This document shows, piece by piece, positions 38,822 to 43,863 of a stretch of DNA of 43,863 nucleotides. The DNA is taken from the sequence record SRR31156797_9699, one strand, 5' to 3'. The number at the start of each line of letters is the position of its first letter. Position 1 is the first letter of the stretch. The position numbers were made by a program, and so were the translations under genes. Under the pieces are notes generated by a model. The model was not told the origin of the DNA. It did not search any database and worked only from the letters and a program-made list of their open reading frames with translations.

Positions 38822-40033
38822 CTAACGTTTGCTAAACGGTTTCAGAGGCAACTCAAGCTTGCCAACTGCAAATTCTTCAGGCCATACAACAACATATTTT
38901 CCCTTTTTCCATTGAGCAAGAACCAAAGGCTTTCCGGCTCTTTCATTCTGGTGGGTTTGAGGATCAAACTTACACCCCCAATAAGACGGTGTCTTTCCAG
39001 GTGCAACATCTGTTTTTGCAAGAGCCTCACGGATTTTTTCAACATCAATGGAACCAGCCCGTTCAATTGCATCAAGATAAATCAAAGTCGCAGTATATGC
39101 CTGTAAGGCATGGGTTAACGGTGCATGACCAAATCGTTTGGTATATGTTTCTTTGAAATCAAGCAAACCAGGTGCAATATTCGGGTTCATCTCAGGATTG
39201 GTAAAACTTATTGCCAAAGCGCCATCGGCAGCTTTTTCCCCAAGAGTAGCAAATTCGGGCTGATCATAAATCAAACCGGCCCCCAACATAATTGGGGGTT
39301 CGTAATTCATTGCATACATCTGCTTTCTGAAAGCCAGACCATCGGCGGTATATTGTGCCGCAATGACAATATCAGGTTTATGCTTTTTAACTTTGAGGAT
39401 CAGTGATGCAAAATCTTTCAGATCACTTGGATAGCTTTCATGATAGATTTTTTTTATACTACTGGCTTTCAATTGCTTGAGAATAGGCTCAGTGACATAC
39501 CCTGTTAAATCAGAATTCACCACAACGATTTTAAGATCACTTTCCTTCTTGCCCAAATATTTTGTCCCAAGCAAAGGAGCCAGCTTGCCAATCTCTTTCC
39601 CAAAAATTCCGGTGTGAGGAGAAAAACGATAGTAATATTGAAGACCGTTCTGGGTTAAGGACTCGGCCCAGTTAACCGTGCCAAGACATAAAACTTTATA
39701 TCGTTCTGCAACTTTTTGATATGCTTTCTCAATAGAAGAGCCATACCCGCTGATAATAACCTTAAGTTTTTCCCGGGTAATTAGACGTTCCATTTCAGCA
39801 ACACCTGCAGTTGCATCAGGGGTATTACCAACAATCAGTTCAATTGGTTTTCCAAAAATTGTTTTTTTAGCTTCTACAGCCAGTGTCACCCCGTTTTTAA
39901 CTTCATTCCCCCCAAAACTCAAACCTCCTGTCAAAGGGGTTATCAAGCCTATCCTTACCGTATCTGCCGCCTGAACTGTAAAAGCGAACAAACACAAACC
40001 AAATAATAAAATAATCCTTGCAAATTTAACCAT
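38822..40033 (-). CDS. LIV-type ABC transporter periplasmic binding protein
   Basis: Signal peptide (VQA-AD), TVRIGLITPLTG, C-terminal QWKKGKYVVVWP. Confidence 0.9.
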   Translation of the reverse strand: MVKFARIILLFGLCLFAFTVQAADTVRIGLITPLTGGLSFGGNEVKNGVTLAVEAKKTIFGKPIELIVGNTPDATAGVAEMERLITREKLKVIISGYGSSIEKAYQKVAERYKVLCLGTVNWAESLTQNGLQYYYRFSPHTGIFGKEIGKLAPLLGTKYLGKKESDLKIVVVNSDLTGYVTEPILKQLKASSIKKIYHESYPSDLKDFASLILKVKKHKPDIVIAAQYTADGLAFRKQMYAMNYEPPIMLGAGLIYDQPEFATLGEKAADGALAISFTNPEMNPNIAPGLLDFKETYTKRFGHAPLTHALQAYTATLIYLDAIERAGSIDVEKIREALAKTDVAPGKTPSYWGCKFDPQTHQNERAGKPLVLAQWKKGKYVVVWPEEFAVGKLELPLKPFSKR

Positions 40034-40141
40034 GTCATGATCTCCTTTTATTTGTTTTTATTAAGTGCAATTATAAATAAATAACATTTTTCTTATTGAT
40101 CCTGTTTGACTATTGCATGTATTTTTTCATAAAAGCAACAA

Positions 40142-40166
40142 TTATATTGTTTGCATGACAATATAA
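40142..40166. promoter_or_regulatory. Perfect 9-bp inverted repeat upstream of the island operon (candidate MocR operator)
   Basis: TTATATTGT-TTGCATG-ACAATATAA. Confidence 0.6.
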
Positions 40167-40203
40167 ACAGTCAAAGGGTTGTAAATCACAGCCTTTGAAA
40201 AAA

Positions 40204-40459
40204 GGTGCTGTCCGGCCTTCTCATTTGGCATACTATCTCGATGAATTCACTTTTCGTTTCAATCGGCGTGTAAGCACATTTCGTGGAAAGCTTTTTACCG
40301 ATTGGTACAGCAAGCAATGATGATAGATCCAGCGCCAGCGTATTCATTGAAAGGGCCGGTCTTGCCTTTCCTCACTGGGCTGGACAATTCAAAGTTGGAT
40401 CCTTTGGACGAAGACCTCGACCCCTATATGTGGTGGGTGCTTGAGCGAAGTGCATACCC
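40204..40459 (+). mobile_element. IS1595-family remnant: transposase C-terminus and right end
   Basis: GAVRPSHLAYYLDEFTFRFNRR..RGKLF, a frameshift in the T run 40292-40296, then YRLVQQA; ends in AAGTGCATACCC. Confidence 0.8.
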
Positions 40460-40576
40460 ACGAAAACAAATAACCTAATGACAAAAATTTATAACGTATT
40501 AAAGAGGGGATGGGACGTCAGCGCCAGAACACACATTCAAGCTGGCTGTAAACAATAAGATTTGCATGAAGGGGGG

Positions 40577-40606
40577 CCTTCGTTCTACTTGAAAGCAGAA
40601 CGAAGG
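40577..40606. repeat. Perfect 10-bp inverted repeat downstream of glyS
   Basis: CCTTCGTTCT-N10-AGAACGAAGG, with no U-tract on either strand. Confidence 0.6.
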
Positions 40607-40764
40607 TCATTGTTCAATGCGGCTGTGAGATTAAAAAGCACGGTACTTTGTTTGAAATTCGTCGCCCTGATCACTGAAACGCAAAAACAGGGTATCTTGG
40701 GCAGGGCCTCAAAAAGCAGGCTCTGATCGTAGGAAACGTTGATTGTTACCACAAGACGCGGAGT

Positions 40765-42849
40765 TTATATTGAAAACTGGGAAAAATCGGCAATGGTCAG
40801 CACAAATTTGGAAATCAGCTGCAACAACCCCACCCGGTTTTCACGTAGCGCATCATCCCCCGTCAGGATCTCCACCTCATCAAACAACTGGTCCACGGGT
40901 GTTCTGAGCCTGGTCATAAACCCCAGGGCATCCAGAAAGGCGCTTTTTTCAATACACCCGTCCACATCATCTTTCAGGGCCCGGTATGCTTCCCACAGCT
41001 GTTTTTCAGCGTCCTCTTGAAACAGGTCGGGGTTTACCGCAAAGATCCGTGTCTGCTTCTTGATGATATTGTTGACCCGTTTGAAGGTCAGTGCCAGCGG
41101 CGCAAATTCATTTGATGACAAGGTGAATTCCTTGAGCTGCTCCATTTTGGGGCGAAGGGTTAAAATACGATCGAATTCCCCGCAGATGGATGCTTCCACC
41201 AGGTCGGAAGGATAATCGGACCTTAACATCATATTCTTGTAACGTTCCCGGATAAAATCCAATACCCGTGCAAAGGTTGCGTCAAAATCGAATTCAATTT
41301 CATCGGACAGAAGGGAGAGGGCCTTTTCCACAAGCTCCCTGAAAGACAAATCCCAACCGGCATCCTCCATAATCCGGATAATGGCCAGGGCATGCCTTCG
41401 AAGGGCAAAAGGATCCGCTTTTCCGGTGGGCTCAAGGCCTACGGCAAAACACCCGGCAATGGTATCCAACCGGTCCGAAATGCCCACGACCGCACCGATT
41501 TTTGATTGGGGAAGCGCCCCACCCGCCTTCAGGGGGAGATAGTGCTCATGGATTCCCGAACAGATGTCGTCTTCATACCCTTCAAGGGCCGCATACGCTT
41601 TTCCCACCGCGCCCTGGAGGGATGGGAACTCGATAACCATATGGGTGACCAGGTCGCATTTGGCCAGACGCGCCGCAAGCTTTGCACCATCAACCTGTTT
41701 GGACAGCACCTGCTCCGCCATATGTTCCGCAAGGGTCTCAATCCGCATCACTTTGGCATGGCTTGACCCCAGTTGCGCCTGATAAATCACCTGTTTCAAG
41801 TCCTCCAGGCGATCCAGAAGGGGCCGTTTGCGGTCCTCCTTCAGGAAGAAATCCGCATCGGAAAGCCGGGCTCGAAGAACCCGTTCATGCCCCCGGCACA
41901 CCACCGATTCATCCCGGGTCCGGGTGTTGTTGACAGCCACGAAATGGGGCATCAGCAACCCGTTTTCATCATATACCGAGAAATATTTCTGGTGTTCCCG
42001 CATGGCGGTAATTAAAACGGCATCGGGCAATTCCAGGAATCCCTTTTCAAAACCGCCGCAAACAGCGGTTGGGTATTCGGTCAGATTGGCCACCGTTTGA
42101 ACCAGTTCCGGATCATCGGCCGGAACCCCTCCCACGCTTGCGGCGGCTTCCCGTACCACTTTCTCCACAAGCCCTTGTCTCTTAAGCGGATCAAGGACCA
42201 CGAATGTATTTTCCATAACCTTCTGGTAGTCATTGATATTTGAGACAACCGTTTCTTCCGGACCCATGAATCGATGCCCAAAGGTAGTGGTGCCGCTTTG
42301 AACTCCGGCCGCTTCAAAAGGGACAACACCATCATCAAAGAGGCAGAGTATCCAGTGTACGGGCCGTACAAACGAAAAACCCACACTCCCCCACCGCATG
42401 GATTTGGGCCAGGGGATCTCCCCGATGATACCGGGCAAACGCTCCGACAGGATCTCAAGGGTCGGTTTCCCTGGAATCTCCTGCTTCACGTAAAGATATT
42501 CGCCTTTGGGGGTTTCAATGGTTTGCAGTTCCCCAACGGACACCCCCTGTTTTTTGGCAAAACCTTCCGCCGCCCGGGTGGGCGCCCCGTTTTCATCATA
42601 AGCCACTTTTTTAGGTGGGCCGGTCACTTCCAGGGTCAGATCCTGCTGTTTCTTTGAAATACCCTTACCCATCAAAACCAGACGCCTCGGCGTTCCGTAA
42701 ACCTGCAAATCGCCCGCCAAATCGATTCGGTTTTCCTTGAGGCAAACGCCGGCCAGTCTTTTCAATTCTTTCAAACCTTTTTCCAGGTAACCCGCTGGAA
42801 TTTCCTCGGTCCCAATCTCCAAAAGCAATTCTGCCGTCATAATCGTCAT
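40765..42849 (-). CDS. glyS: Glycine--tRNA ligase beta subunit
   Basis: LLEIGTEEIPA, TPRRL, WPKSMRW, HQKYF, RARLSDA, DPFALRR, RENR. Confidence 0.97.
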   Translation of the reverse strand: MTIMTAELLLEIGTEEIPAGYLEKGLKELKRLAGVCLKENRIDLAGDLQVYGTPRRLVLMGKGISKKQQDLTLEVTGPPKKVAYDENGAPTRAAEGFAKKQGVSVGELQTIETPKGEYLYVKQEIPGKPTLEILSERLPGIIGEIPWPKSMRWGSVGFSFVRPVHWILCLFDDGVVPFEAAGVQSGTTTFGHRFMGPEETVVSNINDYQKVMENTFVVLDPLKRQGLVEKVVREAAASVGGVPADDPELVQTVANLTEYPTAVCGGFEKGFLELPDAVLITAMREHQKYFSVYDENGLLMPHFVAVNNTRTRDESVVCRGHERVLRARLSDADFFLKEDRKRPLLDRLEDLKQVIYQAQLGSSHAKVMRIETLAEHMAEQVLSKQVDGAKLAARLAKCDLVTHMVIEFPSLQGAVGKAYAALEGYEDDICSGIHEHYLPLKAGGALPQSKIGAVVGISDRLDTIAGCFAVGLEPTGKADPFALRRHALAIIRIMEDAGWDLSFRELVEKALSLLSDEIEFDFDATFARVLDFIRERYKNMMLRSDYPSDLVEASICGEFDRILTLRPKMEQLKEFTLSSNEFAPLALTFKRVNNIIKKQTRIFAVNPDLFQEDAEKQLWEAYRALKDDVDGCIEKSAFLDALGFMTRLRTPVDQLFDEVEILTGDDALRENRVGLLQLISKFVLTIADFSQFSI

Positions 42850-42855
42850 CCGTTC

Positions 42856-43725
42856 TTATTTATCATTAAGGGGATATCCCATTTCCTCGCGCTGGGCCAG
42901 ATAATTCTTTGAACTGAGGCGTGCTAAATGCCTGATGCGATCGATATACCGTGTCCGTTCCGTCACGCTGATGGCGCCCCTGGCATCCAGCAGGTTGAAG
43001 GTATGGGAACACTTCAGGCAGTAATCATAGGCGGGCAACACCAACCCTTCACCCCCCACCCGCAAACCCTCCTTCTCATACTTATGAAATATATCCAGCA
43101 GCATATCCACATCCGCCATCTCAAAATTGTACACGGAGAGTTCCCATTCGCCTTTCTTGTGGACATCCCCGTAGGTCAGGTGATCATTCCACATGAGGTC
43201 ATAGACACTTTCCTTCTCCTGCATGTACATGGCGATTCTTTCAAGGCCGTAGGTCACTTCCACACTAATGGGATCCAGTCGGATACTGCCGGCCTGTTGA
43301 AAATAGGTAAACTGTGTAATCTCCATACCGTCGAGCCAGACTTCCCATCCCAATCCCGAGGCACCCAGGGTCGGTGATTCCCAGTCATCCTCCACAAAAC
43401 GGATATCGTGCTCCAATGGGTCGATACCCAGTCTCTTGAGGCTTCCCAGATAGACATCCTGAATGTCGAGGGGGGACGGTTTTATGATCACCTGGTACTG
43501 GTAATAATGTCCCAGGCGATTGGGGTTTTCCCCATACCGCCCATCCGTCGGCCGCCGTGAGGGCTCAACATAGGCGACGGACCACGGTTCAGGCCCCAAA
43601 ACCCGCAGAAGGGTTGCGGGATTAAAGGTCCCGGCACCCACCTCCAGGTCATAGGGCTGTTGAATAATACACCCATATTCGGCCCAGTATTGTTGCAGAG
43701 CCATCATCAATTCTTGAAAGTTCAT
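42856..43725 (-). CDS. glyQ: Glycine--tRNA ligase alpha subunit
   Basis: [46 protein letters not shown]. Confidence 0.98.
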   Translation of the reverse strand: MNFQELMMALQQYWAEYGCIIQQPYDLEVGAGTFNPATLLRVLGPEPWSVAYVEPSRRPTDGRYGENPNRLGHYYQYQVIIKPSPLDIQDVYLGSLKRLGIDPLEHDIRFVEDDWESPTLGASGLGWEVWLDGMEITQFTYFQQAGSIRLDPISVEVTYGLERIAMYMQEKESVYDLMWNDHLTYGDVHKKGEWELSVYNFEMADVDMLLDIFHKYEKEGLRVGGEGLVLPAYDYCLKCSHTFNLLDARGAISVTERTRYIDRIRHLARLSSKNYLAQREEMGYPLNDK

Positions 43726-43783
43726 GAAATCCCCCAGCTTTCTCCTAATAATACACCGACATTATGATCCGTGGAAAGGGTGG

Positions 43784-43812
43784 AAAGTACCACCTTGACA
43801 AAGGGTTGTCAA
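43784..43812 (-). promoter_or_regulatory. Sigma70 promoter for glyQS
   Basis: TTGACA-N17-TACTTT on the minus strand. Confidence 0.6.
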
Positions 43813-43863
43813 TATGCACTTCCGGCTTCCGCATCACAGTACTGACGCACGAGTATGAAGATC

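Larger units (their letters stand above)
27085..40560. other. AT-richer accessory island between mltA and glyS
   Basis: Visible shift to lower GC relative to both flanks, a co-oriented catabolic operon, several mobile-element remnants. Boundaries approximate. Confidence 0.7.

Noticed and set aside
38684-39106. 140-aa plus-strand ORF
   Set aside because: The first part is the transposase remnant; the rest is antisense to the binding-protein gene.
27055-40764. Integrase, att sites or flanking direct repeats for the island
   Set aside because: None found by eye, and no tRNA gene at either junction.
43795-43812. Palindrome TTGACAA-AGGG-TTGTCAA upstream of glyQ as a novel operator
   Set aside because: One arm is the glyQ -35 box and no second copy was seen; cannot be told apart from promoter sequence.
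1-43863. CRISPR arrays, rRNA, tRNA, metabolite riboswitches
   Set aside because: No regularly spaced repeats or recognisable consensus found in the intergenic regions by eye.

Overview
Bacterial chromosome window; gene content and protein style suggest an anaerobic Desulfobacterota (deltaproteobacterial) genome (inference). From left to right: (1) a tandem SnoaL-domain gene behind a complete ANTAR-type twin-hairpin/terminator leader and a scar of a phenylacetate-CoA-ligase-like gene; (2) an operon lpdA - glutaredoxin/Fe-S-less radical-SAM-barrel fusion - cytoplasmic arylsulfate sulfotransferase - TRAP transporter, divergent from a FadR regulator; (3) a GDT1-family gene, the yhaO-yhaN nuclease/ATPase pair and a CobO/BtuR adenosyltransferase with an in-frame UGA followed by a SECIS-like hairpin (candidate selenoprotein); (4) a lipid A/inner-core LPS cluster (lpxC with a sigma54 promoter, DUF4390, NtrY-like kinase, waaA, lpxK, lpxL, waaF, gmhB, GT9, Trm112) and mltA; (5) a visibly AT-richer ~13.5 kb island (LIV-type ABC transporter, alkyl-DHAP-synthase-like flavoprotein, small Fe-S protein, FGGY kinase, glycerol dehydrogenase, ETF, MocR) carrying IS4-like, IS1595-like and possible group II intron debris; (6) glyS-glyQ. 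No rRNA, tRNA or CRISPR array was seen. All family assignments come from motif recognition by eye; no searches were run.
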